A stretch of DNA of 64,000 nt, taken from a virus. Within the stretch, counting starts at the first letter, position 1. Each line of letters opens with the position of its first letter. The notes beneath the pieces were generated by a model, which did no database searches, was not told the origin of the DNA, and worked only from the letters and a program-made list of their open reading frames with translations. Where the stretch lies: positions 65,268 through 129,267 of IMG/VR virus record IMGVR_UViG_3300005747_000012. One strand, 5' to 3'. Below, piece by piece: positions 26,621-36,662 of this stretch. A program made the translations under genes and the position numbers.

Positions 26621-29173
26621 TTACACCTTTATAAATTTTATTTCATTTGTTGTTTCTTTATACATAGAAAGTCTTTTTTGCAAATGATTTTCTAAAAGAC
26701 TTATGTTGCTTACTCTAAAATCATAAATTTTTGAATAAGGCTTGGGCCTGTGATAGCCCTTGTATTTACTGTTTTCAAGAATACGGACACTTCTACCAAC
26801 AGCCCCCTGCTTAGTTCTGGTTTCAGAGCCACCGCCTACCCAATTTATAGTATTGTGTGTGCAGTACATGTTGGTTCCTGTTGCAATGCAAGAAGTTCCA
26901 ATAAGAACTTTCACTTGTCCAAGATTAAAAGTTTCAACTGCCTCATCGACTTTCCGAGTTTCCAGACCAAATCTAGCAGCATCAGCTTTTGATGCAGAAT
27001 GTACATATTCAAACGGAACATTTAGTCTGTCTACTAACATTCTAATTTGCTCCAATTCCTCCACCAAAATTAAAGTGCTTTCTTGAGCTTGATTCCAAGC
27101 TGAATTTGCAATCTTGGCCGCTATATCGGCGATGTTTGAATTGTATAAAAATTGTTTTCTTTTAGCTTTTAGTGGGTCTCTGTAATTTTTAACATCTTTA
27201 CTTGTAGTTTCAAAAACAAAAAATTTTACAGGACAAATATAACCACCGTCTACGGCTTCCTTTGTTGGTAGTTCATATACTTTTTTTCCAATAATTGATT
27301 CTAGCAACTTGTCTTTTCCGTCACCCCTAACCTGAGTACCTGATAAAAAAAATCGGTATGGAACACTGTTTAGCACACCATGAAATACTGTTTCAAGAGT
27401 TTCAGCCGCCAGTGTGTGGGATTCATCGCCAATTACTACATCAGCATTAGCAAAGAAATCATAGGCTTCAGTACCCGGTTTAAGCATTGTTAGTGACTTT
27501 GACACGCACACTGTAAACAATTTACCTAATCTTTTTTTACCGCCACCATAAGCTCCGACATTAGATTTGCCAAAATGGTGCTCAAATTTCTCCAAAATTT
27601 CTAGAAATATAGACTTACTAGGTGTAACTATTACGGTCTTAAGACCTAGCTCACGGGCTAGTGTCAAAATAATAGCTGTCTTACCTGAGTTATGGGTAAC
27701 GGTAAAATCATCCATAACATATAAATTATCGTTGTCAACTTCAAAGCCAAAATATTCATTTTCTGGCAATTGCTTTACTTTAAAACCTGTTCTTAATACA
27801 TTTTTTACTTGCTTTCTGGGTTTTGCTTTTTTTCTTTCTAATATAACTGGTATTCTATTAATATCACCAGAAATTGTAATTCTATAATATGTTCCTTCGA
27901 TTCCATTTTGACTTTTCTTTTTTTCTTTTTTTTGGTAAGCTGCAAAACCAAGTGATCTTGCTATAAAAAGTATATCATCGGATAATTCTTTGTTTTTCTG
28001 AGAAATTTCATAATAATTATTTCCTAAGTATCCATCGGAATCTATTACACCAGCCAATAATTTAAGTCTTGTTTCTTCTGAATTTATTTTAAAATCTTTT
28101 GGAATATGTTTGTTTTTTATTAAGTCGTAATGTTTTAGATTGTTTCTTAGTGCATTTAACCCTTTTCCTCTAAGTGGATTATACATGCAATAAGTTTTAG
28201 ACAAATTGTTTTCTGATATAACTTCTTCTCTTATCATTAAACCAAGTTGCCTTGCGTATTCCATCCATTTTTCTTTAATTTCGCAATCCATTGTAGTTAA
28301 AGCTGGACCATCTGAATTCCCATCGCCAAGCCAAATACCTAATATATAGGGGTCGATAGCGGTTAATTTGCTTTTAAAATCAATACCTGTTCTATATAGT
28401 TTATATCTATGTTTAAATGATTTTGTTTGTTTTAAATAATCTTTTACTGATATATTTACAATTGGATTTGTACCTTTAAAATCACTTCTTCTTTTTTTGT
28501 TTTTTATACGATATTGAGATTGATTATTAGTTCTTTGCAAGGATAATATATGCCCCATATTAACTATAAAAGACTCCCCTTTAACTGGAATAATTTTTGC
28601 CATTTTTTCTTTGCCTCTATGTAGTTTTAATACTTTACGAGGTTTAGAATCTGGCCCCATTAACAAATCACCAACAACAATATCTTCCACTTTTTTTAAA
28701 GAACCATCATACATTAATATTTCTTGTCCCTTAACGTGACATCCCGTGCAAAGCTCTACACAGCCATGTTTTGCCTGAATAAGACGTTCTACAGATTTTT
28801 TCTGGTATGGATATAGCTCAAATGGCAAAGTCTTTCTCCACGGCATTTTGCGTGGCTCTGGGTAGCTAATACGGTTGTGTATATCAAAACTATACCCAGA
28901 CAAATATGGTAAAGAACCCGGATGAAAAGCCAATTTTTGGTTAGAATCTAGTGTTAGCATACAAGTTTTTAATTTAGATTCTAGTTCTTTCTTTCTCAAA
29001 TCATAAGTATGAGGCTTGTTTTGCTGTAACCATCTGTTTTTTTTAAGTTTTTGCAAAGCAAATTGGGCTGACGTATCACTATAAGTCAGGCTTTTTTTCA
29101 AATCATCGACAACTTCCCTATTGGGAGTTTCGAGGTAACATTTGGTTGGATTTTCTATTGTAATCTTTATCAT
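26621..29173 (-). CDS. SF2 DNA helicase (UvsW-like), intein-containing
   Basis: 'LYPYQ', Walker A CTG|SGKT split by the intein, 'DESH', 'SGT', 'QGAVGRSVR'; start MIKITIE just behind its promoter. Confidence 0.9.
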   Translation of the reverse strand: MIKITIENPTKCYLETPNREVVDDLKKSLTYSDTSAQFALQKLKKNRWLQQNKPHTYDLRKKELESKLKTCMLTLDSNQKLAFHPGSLPYLSGYSFDIHNRISYPEPRKMPWRKTLPFELYPYQKKSVERLIQAKHGCVELCTGCHVKGQEILMYDGSLKKVEDIVVGDLLMGPDSKPRKVLKLHRGKEKMAKIIPVKGESFIVNMGHILSLQRTNNQSQYRIKNKKRRSDFKGTNPIVNISVKDYLKQTKSFKHRYKLYRTGIDFKSKLTAIDPYILGIWLGDGNSDGPALTTMDCEIKEKWMEYARQLGLMIREEVISENNLSKTYCMYNPLRGKGLNALRNNLKHYDLIKNKHIPKDFKINSEETRLKLLAGVIDSDGYLGNNYYEISQKNKELSDDILFIARSLGFAAYQKKEKKKSQNGIEGTYYRITISGDINRIPVILERKKAKPRKQVKNVLRTGFKVKQLPENEYFGFEVDNDNLYVMDDFTVTHNSGKTAIILTLARELGLKTVIVTPSKSIFLEILEKFEHHFGKSNVGAYGGGKKRLGKLFTVCVSKSLTMLKPGTEAYDFFANADVVIGDESHTLAAETLETVFHGVLNSVPYRFFLSGTQVRGDGKDKLLESIIGKKVYELPTKEAVDGGYICPVKFFVFETTSKDVKNYRDPLKAKRKQFLYNSNIADIAAKIANSAWNQAQESTLILVEELEQIRMLVDRLNVPFEYVHSASKADAARFGLETRKVDEAVETFNLGQVKVLIGTSCIATGTNMYCTHNTINWVGGGSETRTKQGAVGRSVRILENSKYKGYHRPKPYSKIYDFRVSNISLLENHLQKRLSMYKETTNEIKFIKV
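27689..28741 (-). mobile_element. intein (351 aa) with LAGLIDADG endonuclease in helicase Walker A
   Basis: Starts CHVKGQEILMYDGS, 'LGIWLGDG', 'LAGVIDSDG', ends VTHN followed by Ser. Confidence 0.95.
29161..29169 (+). promoter_or_regulatory. putative late promoter (TAATCTTTA) for the endolysin
   Basis: Plus-strand copy 38 nt upstream of the plus-strand endolysin ATG. Confidence 0.65.
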
Positions 29174-29181
29174 ATAACTAT

Positions 29182-29190
29182 ATAATATCA
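29182..29190 (-). promoter_or_regulatory. extended -10 promoter of the helicase operon
   Basis: TGATATTAT, 8 nt before ATG 29173. Confidence 0.65.
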
Positions 29191-29207
29191 CAAAAAAAGG
29201 AGAGATT

Positions 29208-29627
29208 ATGTCTTTTAAATATAGCGCCAAATCTCTAGCAAAATTAAATACTTGCCACCCAGATTTGCAAAAAATACTTAAAAAAGCAATAAAACACTAT
29301 GATATCACTATCTTAGAAGGTATTCGTACCAAAGAATGCCAAGAAGAGCTAGTTCGTACCGGTATGTCAAAAACTATGGACTCTAAACATTTAAAACAAG
29401 CTGATGGCTATTCTCATGCCGTTGACTGTGCTCTTTGGCCGGTTGATTGGAATGACCGTGAGAGATTTGTATTTCTACAAGGTTATCTCAAGGGTTTAGC
29501 TGACCAAATGAAAGAAGCTGGTGAAATTAGCCACTCTCTTCGCCTTGGTGTAGATTGGGACGGTGATGGTAATATCAAGGAACATTCTTTCTTTGATGGG
29601 CCTCACATTGAACTTTCCCTAAAGTAA
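29208..29627 (+). CDS. endolysin, peptidase M15 (L-Ala-D-Glu peptidase-like)
   Basis: 'EGIRT...Q', 'SKH....G.SHAVD', 'DGPHIEL'; AGGAG RBS. Confidence 0.92.
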   Translation: MSFKYSAKSLAKLNTCHPDLQKILKKAIKHYDITILEGIRTKECQEELVRTGMSKTMDSKHLKQADGYSHAVDCALWPVDWNDRERFVFLQGYLKGLADQMKEAGEISHSLRLGVDWDGDGNIKEHSFFDGPHIELSLK

Positions 29628-30006
29628 AATAATCTATGTGGGCTTGCTCAGTATCCTCCATTTCATTTAATAAATCTTTATATTCTGGAAATTTTTTTGC
29701 CAATTCTGTATAGGAAAACACGGCAAATTTTTCCAGAATGGTAGCTACTTTATTTAATAGAAAAACTGGAGAGATTAAGCATAATACACCCACTATTATT
29801 CCGATAGTACAAAACATAAAATCTATCAAATAGTTTGGTTTAGTATTGTAGCTTTTTAAAATACGTTTTATTTCTTTTTGATGTTTAGATTCATCAACAG
29901 CAATATTTAGTACATTTAAGTCTTTTGTTCTTTCATAATGTCCAAGATAAGCCATTTCAGCACCTACCTCAACACCATGAGTAAATTTAAGCATAAATAG
30001 TTTCAT
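29575..30006 (-). CDS. ferritin-like di-iron protein (Coq7/DMQ hydroxylase-like)
   Basis: 'HGVEVGA..AY', 'DESKH', 'E..A..SY', 'EQAH' with hydrophobic central helix. Confidence 0.7.
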   Translation of the reverse strand: MKLFMLKFTHGVEVGAEMAYLGHYERTKDLNVLNIAVDESKHQKEIKRILKSYNTKPNYLIDFMFCTIGIIVGVLCLISPVFLLNKVATILEKFAVFSYTELAKKFPEYKDLLNEMEDTEQAHIDYFTLGKVQCEAHQRKNVP

Positions 30007-30137
30007 TTACAGTTATGTCCTGCCCAATTTATTTTTTCTGCAATTGAACCTTTTTTATTACAGGCTTGTTCTTCAATATAATTTGCACCTAAAATAACAA
30101 GTAATATAAGTACAAATACAACTATAGCACTTTTCAT
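30003..30137 (-). CDS. small membrane-anchored protein (44 aa)
   Basis: MKSAIVVFVLILLVILGANYIEEQACNKK...; TAATG and ATGA overlaps. Confidence 0.6.
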   Translation of the reverse strand: MKSAIVVFVLILLVILGANYIEEQACNKKGSIAEKINWAGHNCK

Positions 30138-30463
30138 TAATAAACTCCAACTTTAGCTTTTGGATGCTTGGTACAGTCTTTTCTAATTCTTTTTAGAAAA
30201 TTTAAAGCACCTTCATAGTCACCCCACCCATTTTCGGGGTTCATTGCTCTATATTTTTCTGGGTCAGATTCCATTTTATTAATTGCAATGTTTAAATGTT
30301 TAATAGCATCTTCACAACCCATTTGGTGAAGCCCTCTAAGACCCTCTTCTAAATTGAAAGAATTGTAATACATTGGCGATACATTATAAGTGTAATTTCC
30401 ACACTCTTCTACAGAAGAATCTTCAATTCCAGTATTGATTATAATATCTACATCCCAACTCAT
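30137..30463 (-). CDS. hypothetical phage protein
   Basis: 'NYTYNVSPMY...NPENGWGDYEGA'; coupled ORF. Confidence 0.7.
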   Translation of the reverse strand: MSWDVDIIINTGIEDSSVEECGNYTYNVSPMYYNSFNLEEGLRGLHQMGCEDAIKHLNIAINKMESDPEKYRAMNPENGWGDYEGALNFLKRIRKDCTKHPKAKVGVY

Positions 30464-30750
30464 TTTAGTTTCTCCAAGTAATCTGCAAGTTCTTTAATTT
30501 CAGCATTTGTAAGTTTTTTTACAAATGGATACATTCTTTTTGAATGACCACTTGTACGTTTTTTATCTCGAATCAATTTAACCTGATCTTCAATGTACCA
30601 TGCGTGTTGTCCGGCAAGTCTGGGGGCTTTTTGTGATTTTTTCCCTTCGGCTTTTTTTCCGTGACACGACATACATTTTCTTTTATAAAGTGAATTAGTA
30701 TTTGCTGCCAAAGAAATACTCATTAAAAATAGAAATAGACATTTAATCAT
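30460..30750 (-). CDS. class I c-type cytochrome (c553/c4-like)
   Basis: Signal peptide, CMSCHG heme motif, 'APRLAGQ..WY', distal Met in 'RMYP', 'LTNAEIKELADY'. Confidence 0.92.
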   Translation of the reverse strand: MIKCLFLFLMSISLAANTNSLYKRKCMSCHGKKAEGKKSQKAPRLAGQHAWYIEDQVKLIRDKKRTSGHSKRMYPFVKKLTNAEIKELADYLEKLK

Positions 30751-30922
30751 TATGCCTCCAATGATCTTTAATTTTTACCAATCTATATCCTCTTTGTTCT
30801 TTTAAATGTTCTTTAATTTTTTCTAAACCAATAATTTCTAATAAATTACCAACATTCATATCATATAAAACTGAATTTTCAAATCTTTTTTTAAATTCTT
30901 TTAAAATCTCTACATCTGTCAT
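30743..30922 (-). CDS. hypothetical protein (59 aa)
   Basis: MTDVEILKEFKKRFENS...; ATGA overlap with the helicase stop, GAGG RBS. Confidence 0.6.
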   Translation of the reverse strand: MTDVEILKEFKKRFENSVLYDMNVGNLLEIIGLEKIKEHLKEQRGYRLVKIKDHWRHND

Positions 30923-31980
30923 GCAATCCTCACTTCCATATTTGTACCATCATATCTTTTAAGCATATCAGTACGCATCATAGCTTTGATTTTGTGAAGC
31001 ATAATTACTTCTTTATTGAATACTTTTGGACTTCCTTCAGCACATCTAAAATAAAATTTACGGATATTTTTTGGGTGCTTTCTTAGTACTCTAGCATATA
31101 ATTGGTTAGAAATATCAACATCGCTACTGCATCTCATGTCAAAAAGGCCCGTAATATTGCCATCTGAAAACCCTAGAATGCCACGTTGAATTACAATTAA
31201 AGTATCATAATCACCATTTTTGAAATCTTTAACCATTTCGCTTTTCCGATCATTTTTACAATTAGAAACGGCTACTTTTCTACCAATTGATTTTAAGTAA
31301 TCGGCTATGACATTGGCTTCAGAAATTCTTTTGCAAGCTATCATAAGTTTTGACAAATCAAAACCTTTTCTTTTAGCTTGTTTATACATTTGATCAATTA
31401 CATTTTTAATTTGTTTTTTGGATTTTACCTCTACCACATCCATATCAACTGTAGCAAAAACATTTTTTTCAATAAGTTGTTCGCCAGAAATATATGTAAA
31501 CTCATATTTTTTACCAAAATTTTTAAGCCTATTGAATTCAGATGGAGAGCCGGTCATCAACAGTTGATGTTTAGGCTTTAATTTTTTAACAATATTTTGA
31601 ACCATTTTTTTTAAGTAAAACTCATGGCATTCATCAACAACAAGTAAATCAACAAAATTATATGGGTACTTTTTGATAGCTTGCGGTAGACCAATCTGCA
31701 CCTGAACATCTTGGCCAAACTCACCAAAAGTATAGCCGACCTCAACATGGGGGTTTTGTAAACTTTCAATATATTGATTTTTAAGTAGGTTTTGCCCGTG
31801 AGTTAGGACTAAAACTTTAGCGTTTGGATGTTGTTTAAGATATTTTGATATCACAATATGTGATATCGTGGTTTTACCAGAACCCGGCGAGGCAGCTAGA
31901 ACTGCTGCTTCGACACCGGTTTTTTGGCAATCTGCCAGAAGTTTGTTTGCTGAATATGTTTGATAGCCATAATCACTCAT
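30919..31980 (-). CDS. SF2 (DExH) helicase
   Basis: 'YGYQ', 'PGSGKT', 'DECH', 'TGS', 'QLYARVLR'; likely leaderless start MSDYGYQ. Confidence 0.88.
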   Translation of the reverse strand: MSDYGYQTYSANKLLADCQKTGVEAAVLAASPGSGKTTISHIVISKYLKQHPNAKVLVLTHGQNLLKNQYIESLQNPHVEVGYTFGEFGQDVQVQIGLPQAIKKYPYNFVDLLVVDECHEFYLKKMVQNIVKKLKPKHQLLMTGSPSEFNRLKNFGKKYEFTYISGEQLIEKNVFATVDMDVVEVKSKKQIKNVIDQMYKQAKRKGFDLSKLMIACKRISEANVIADYLKSIGRKVAVSNCKNDRKSEMVKDFKNGDYDTLIVIQRGILGFSDGNITGLFDMRCSSDVDISNQLYARVLRKHPKNIRKFYFRCAEGSPKVFNKEVIMLHKIKAMMRTDMLKRYDGTNMEVRIA

Positions 31981-31986
31981 GTACAT

Positions 31987-32015
31987 ATGGTATCATGCAT
32001 TGCACATTAAGTCAA
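31987..32015 (-). promoter_or_regulatory. sigma70-type promoter
   Basis: TTGACT-17 bp-TACCAT with TG extension. Confidence 0.75.
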
Positions 32016-32022
32016 GAAAAAG

Positions 32023-32559
32023 TTATGCTTGCCCAATCACATCTTCTTCATCGGTTTCTTCAGAACCATCTTCATCAATTTCTTGATCTTCATCATCCCA
32101 TTTTTTAAGAATTTTATTTATTTTCTTGCTTTTTTTATCTTTTTCTTCATCTTTTTGTAGAGAATTGTTTGCGCTATATTGGTGCAATTTTTTAAGTATG
32201 CTAGTAAAATCAAATTCTTTTTCATTTTTAGCAACTAAACCTTCAAGCTCACCAATGCTTTCACCAAGAGCATCGCCTTCAGCCATTTCCTCTGGCGGCA
32301 TCTCTTCTGGTGGAAGCTCTTCTTCCATCGTAGCCTCTTCAGGTGGCATTTCTTCTGGTGGAAGTTCTTCACCCGGCATACCACCCATAGCTGCTTGTTC
32401 TGCTGCCATTTGAGCTTCTTGAAGTTGCTGTTGTAACATTTGCATTTCGGACTCTCTTTGTCCTTCTTGCATTCCAAGTCTAAAAGCAACATCTACAGCG
32501 TTCATATATTTAGAACGTAATTCAAAATATTTTTGTTTCCAATCGGTTTTTGCGGCCAT
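32023..32559 (-). CDS. acidic portal-adjacent protein (possible head assembly role)
   Basis: Directly after portal; EELPPEEMPPEE twice. Confidence 0.65.
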   Translation of the reverse strand: MAAKTDWKQKYFELRSKYMNAVDVAFRLGMQEGQRESEMQMLQQQLQEAQMAAEQAAMGGMPGEELPPEEMPPEEATMEEELPPEEMPPEEMAEGDALGESIGELEGLVAKNEKEFDFTSILKKLHQYSANNSLQKDEEKDKKSKKINKILKKWDDEDQEIDEDGSEETDEEDVIGQA

Positions 32560-32571
32560 TTTTTATATCTC

Positions 32572-34410
32572 CTATTCCATATCTTCATCTAACATATCTT
32601 GTTGAAGCATTTTTAACATCTCAACAGCATCAGGCCTGTACGCAAAATATGCCTGAACAGCTTGAGGGTTTAATTGCATCATCATTTCAATTTGCTGAAA
32701 CCAAAAACCATCTCTTCTATATTTAAGTATTGGATCGACCATATAAGCAGGGTCAATTTTATGTCCCATATAATTAGAAGTTTCAAGATATTTATCTACA
32801 ACTACCTGATATCTTTCATTAAAATCAACTTTACCAGCTAAATGTTTTCCAACACTTTTTTTGTCAACATACTCAAGAATTTCATCCATATTCATGTGAA
32901 TAGGCGCATCTTGCTGCAATCTCAATGCCTCATCCTGCCTAGTGTCAGCGTCAAGGCCAGAAAGAGTTATAGTGCAAATTTGAGCTAGTTCTGGATCAAT
33001 AAGTGGGAATAGTTTTTCATTAATAAAGTCTTGAAACTTTAAAATTAATGGTCTAATACCAGTATCACGGGCCGCAGTAAGTTTATATTCATTATTTGCT
33101 TCTGATAGAGATTGTTGATTAGTACCTTTTGAAAGATGACCATAACCCGGTAGTTCATCAGGAGACATACCAAAAGCAGATAAGATATTTCTAGCAACAG
33201 AATCGTAAAGAAATTGAAATTCGCCATCTTTCTTTTGTTGATTCATTGGAACCCATTGCACATTATCTTCAGAAGATACACCAAAAATAGGTGTTCTAAA
33301 CGAATTACCAACACTGTTAATTGACGCATTAAACTGTTGTTTAATACCTTCAATAGTGGCGTGGTCAATTTCATCGGATTGAACCACAAGAATACCTTTT
33401 GTAGCTCTACCATTTGCAAAATAAAGCCTGTTATAGGTTTCAATTGAAATATGTGTTGTAACAGCTTGCATGATAGTATCAAGCGGTGTTACCGGATATC
33501 CGTTATGCTCAATATCGGTTGAAGGATACAGGTTGCAAACAAACATTTCTTCTTGAGTAAAAGCTTGCCTTGGAGTACCTTCTAAAACCTGTATCCAAGA
33601 ATAACTTCCAGCAAGAGCTGATTCAGGGTCAATTTTGTGACCGGTCATTTCCTCAAGAAGTTTAATAGATGAACGCCTTACATCATCAGCATACTCACCT
33701 TGCTTAACTGCTTTATAAATTGTACCAGCATCAACCGGCCTAAATCTATGAAAAAATTTATTTCCAAAATCATCTTCTTCATATATTGCTTCTGTACAAA
33801 ACCTGCCAAAAGATAATCCATTTATAGTTTGAACATAAAACCATTCTGAAATTGACATTTTATCTTCTGAAGAAACACCTTCATTACTTCCACAGTTCAT
33901 TAAAATATTTAATACACGATTAATTCTTTCGTGAATTTTAATTCTTTGATCTGGTTTTAGAATTTGTTCGTAATCTTGTTTTATATTACACTCAACACCA
34001 ATGTCAAACCTATCTTTCCTTACACGCCCAAACATGGACATTGTATTACCTCTAGCTCTTAAAATAGAAGCTATAAGATGGTCTTCTTGTCTAATTCTTT
34101 TAATAGTCCAATCTGGAAGTAGGCGTTTTTTATTTTTAAAAAGACCAAAATAATTGTCTTTAGTTACCGGGTCTTCGGTAAACGCAATTCTAGGCACACT
34201 AGTTTTATTTACTTTTTTTAGCGAGCCTGATGAGAACCCAACTAAATCAGAAAGTGATTTTTCTGAGCTAAAATTTGTATCATAAGATTTTTGAAGTTGT
34301 TCATTAATTTCATTTGATAAAGCAAATAAAGTTTTCTTTTTGGGTGTAGAATCCCGATTTTTTGCGATACGTTTTGCAAGTTTTTCTAAATCTTCTTTGT
34401 TATCAAACAT
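32572..34410 (-). CDS. portal protein
   Basis: 'GYPVTPL', 'YFANGRATKGIL', 'ILSAFGMSPDEL', 'GIRPLILKFQDFIN'; near terminase. Confidence 0.88.
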   Translation of the reverse strand: MFDNKEDLEKLAKRIAKNRDSTPKKKTLFALSNEINEQLQKSYDTNFSSEKSLSDLVGFSSGSLKKVNKTSVPRIAFTEDPVTKDNYFGLFKNKKRLLPDWTIKRIRQEDHLIASILRARGNTMSMFGRVRKDRFDIGVECNIKQDYEQILKPDQRIKIHERINRVLNILMNCGSNEGVSSEDKMSISEWFYVQTINGLSFGRFCTEAIYEEDDFGNKFFHRFRPVDAGTIYKAVKQGEYADDVRRSSIKLLEEMTGHKIDPESALAGSYSWIQVLEGTPRQAFTQEEMFVCNLYPSTDIEHNGYPVTPLDTIMQAVTTHISIETYNRLYFANGRATKGILVVQSDEIDHATIEGIKQQFNASINSVGNSFRTPIFGVSSEDNVQWVPMNQQKKDGEFQFLYDSVARNILSAFGMSPDELPGYGHLSKGTNQQSLSEANNEYKLTAARDTGIRPLILKFQDFINEKLFPLIDPELAQICTITLSGLDADTRQDEALRLQQDAPIHMNMDEILEYVDKKSVGKHLAGKVDFNERYQVVVDKYLETSNYMGHKIDPAYMVDPILKYRRDGFWFQQIEMMMQLNPQAVQAYFAYRPDAVEMLKMLQQDMLDEDME

Positions 34411-34421
34411 AATTTACTCTA

Positions 34422-35162
34422 CTATTTCCCTGCAATAAAATAAACATTTACAGGATCATCATTTTTATTTATAATTATAACATCGTTTATTTGGGTGGTT
34501 TTTAGAAAAAAACCATTTTTCATTACTCCATTAATTAAAAATGGATTAATTGTAGTTTGCACAATACCATTAATTGCAACATCGCATTTTTTATCTGCTT
34601 CAATATAAACAAATTTAAAAAAATCTATATTGCTTTCTTCTGATGGAATAAAAAGCCCTGAGTTTAAAAAATCTACAGAATCAGAAGAAGCTGAATTTAT
34701 GTAATTATAAGAAAAATTTATAATATCACCGTGCTCAAGGCTTTCAACACCGCCTTGAGCCAAAGAGTTTTTCCAAGTAATTTTTGTTCTATTATCTTCT
34801 ACTTGAACATCAAAATCTTGCCCTGCAAAAGCCATTAATCTTCCAATGGACAACATTAAAGTATTTGGCACTATTTTTTTTGGTATATAAATATAATCAA
34901 GATCATCGTTAGTGGTTAAAGTCAGCGTTTCTTGAGCAGGGATTGGGGTCGCAGGATATTCGGCACTGTTTTGAAATCCGCTAACCAAAGAAGAGGACAA
35001 CAAAAGTCTTCTAGAGTTAGCTTTTATTGTTGCTTCTTGTATTAATTCATCATCTAAATTTACCCCAATATATTGAAGGTTTCTATTGAAAGTTGTGTTG
35101 GCGGTGTTTGTATTTTCACCATCATAACCTCTTAAATCTAGCAATAAATTCATTCTGGACAT
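34422..35162 (-). CDS. putative virion structural protein (beta-rich)
   Basis: Between terminase and portal; late motif upstream. Confidence 0.6.
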   Translation of the reverse strand: MSRMNLLLDLRGYDGENTNTANTTFNRNLQYIGVNLDDELIQEATIKANSRRLLLSSSLVSGFQNSAEYPATPIPAQETLTLTTNDDLDYIYIPKKIVPNTLMLSIGRLMAFAGQDFDVQVEDNRTKITWKNSLAQGGVESLEHGDIINFSYNYINSASSDSVDFLNSGLFIPSEESNIDFFKFVYIEADKKCDVAINGIVQTTINPFLINGVMKNGFFLKTTQINDVIIINKNDDPVNVYFIAGK

Positions 35163-35186
35163 TATTAATCTACCTTTATATATTAT

Positions 35187-35195
35187 TAAAGATTA
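35187..35195 (-). promoter_or_regulatory. putative late promoter (TAATCTTTA)
   Basis: Exact motif upstream of the portal operon. Confidence 0.6.
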
Positions 35196-35198
35196 TTA

Positions 35199-36662
35199 TT
35201 ATACATCAAAAAAAATACTCTTTTTTTCCTGTGATTTCCTTGACTTATGTTTTTGACCGCCTGTTAAGTCATTGATTTTGTTTTGCAAATCTCTAGGTCT
35301 TCCTTTAATATTTTCAAGATCATAGCTGAACAAAACTTTAGAGCCTTTACCAAACATACTATAAAAAAAGTATCTAATCATATCCATAATATCAGCAGTT
35401 CCATCTTTACCATGCTCTGGCTTACCATCAATAGGATTTCCCTTACCATCAAGTTTCCATTTATAAGTCTCAAAAGCATCAAAAACACGTTCATTATTAC
35501 GTGTTTTTAGTACCTTAAAATGTCTATTATTGTTTGCATCTACAATTTTAGATTGAACAGCAGTAATACCATCCACAACAGATTCCACACCTTTTTTAAC
35601 ACCTATAGCTGGAATACGACCTACCGAAGTGTTTGTTTTCCTTAACATCTTAATATAAGCTGGATAGTTCGAGTCACAAAACCATTTGTTAACCCTATAT
35701 ATTTCCGTAAGCTCTTTTACTTTTTGAACAATTTCAGGTATTTCCATGTCTGGAGCTGAAGTAATATCAACAAGCCATGATTTTCCACCAGCTATTTTGG
35801 CAAATACACCCAAAGCAGTTTCGTCAGTATTTCCCCAATCGGCAGCACCATAAAATTCAATTCCAAGATTGTGCATAAATTGAACTAATTCATCTAGGGT
35901 CTTGCCCTCAACTTCTTCACCTGACAAATACTCCCAAGATTCATCAATACTGATAGCATTATCAACAATATCAAATCTAGGGTAAACAAGACCGCTAGAG
36001 CTTGGCTTGTTACACAATAGCTGTGCCTCACCCATTTCAGGCGAGGTTTGTTTAAAGTTATTGTGAACCGCATAGATAGGTTTATAAAGATCACCTACAT
36101 CATTTTGCGGTCGGTCTACAAGAGAGTTTTTCATAACCGATAACATCGGATGGTCAGCAATCCCTGAATAAACTTTTACCGCTTCATATTTATGTCTTGA
36201 TTCTTCATTAAGTTCTTCAAACTCTTCAGGAGATAAATTTCTTAATGGAAGCTCCCTACCAACATATCTTGTTACTTTTTCTTCATTTTTTTTGGCCTCT
36301 GATTCTGGAATACGTTCAGTCACATCAATAATGTTCCAACGTAAAATTTCTCCACCAGATCGCTCTGTATCTTTAAGTGTTTTCTCCATTAATCCACCGG
36401 CATACTTACGAGTGGAAAGATAGACGGTTAGCGGAAAATACCCTTTATAAACACACGGAATCATTTTTGCTTCTTCCAATGCTCTTGGGTCTTGAACAAC
36501 ATCTATCTCATCCATAAACAGCATTGGAACATGTTCCGAATTGTGGGTTAATATACCATTAGCAAAATAATTGTGATTTCCTTCAACTTCAAAGTCATAA
36601 GTAGTAAAAGACTGAGAAGTTTCTATTTCTTCTATTTTTAAAATCTCTATTTCTTCTAACAT
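35199..36662 (-). CDS. terL: terminase large subunit, C-terminal part, preceded by split-intein IntC
   Basis: After THN|S: Walker B 'MLFMDE', 'LST', nuclease 'ADWG', 'DIMDMIRY'; ATG 36662 has a GGAG RBS and overlaps the upstream stop. Confidence 0.9.
   Translation of the reverse strand: MLEEIEILKIEEIETSQSFTTYDFEVEGNHNYFANGILTHNSEHVPMLFMDEIDVVQDPRALEEAKMIPCVYKGYFPLTVYLSTRKYAGGLMEKTLKDTERSGGEILRWNIIDVTERIPESEAKKNEEKVTRYVGRELPLRNLSPEEFEELNEESRHKYEAVKVYSGIADHPMLSVMKNSLVDRPQNDVGDLYKPIYAVHNNFKQTSPEMGEAQLLCNKPSSSGLVYPRFDIVDNAISIDESWEYLSGEEVEGKTLDELVQFMHNLGIEFYGAADWGNTDETALGVFAKIAGGKSWLVDITSAPDMEIPEIVQKVKELTEIYRVNKWFCDSNYPAYIKMLRKTNTSVGRIPAIGVKKGVESVVDGITAVQSKIVDANNNRHFKVLKTRNNERVFDAFETYKWKLDGKGNPIDGKPEHGKDGTADIMDMIRYFFYSMFGKGSKVLFSYDLENIKGRPRDLQNKINDLTGGQKHKSRKSQEKKSIFFDV
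36540..36662 (-). mobile_element. split intein C-terminal half (IntC, 41 aa)
   Basis: MLEEIEILKIEEIETSQSFTTYDFEVEGNHNYFANGILTHN then Ser+1; blocks F and G. Confidence 0.9.

Noticed and set aside
26621-29230. Track start of the helicase at 29230
   Set aside because: Would overlap the endolysin start on the other strand; promoter position supports ATG 29173
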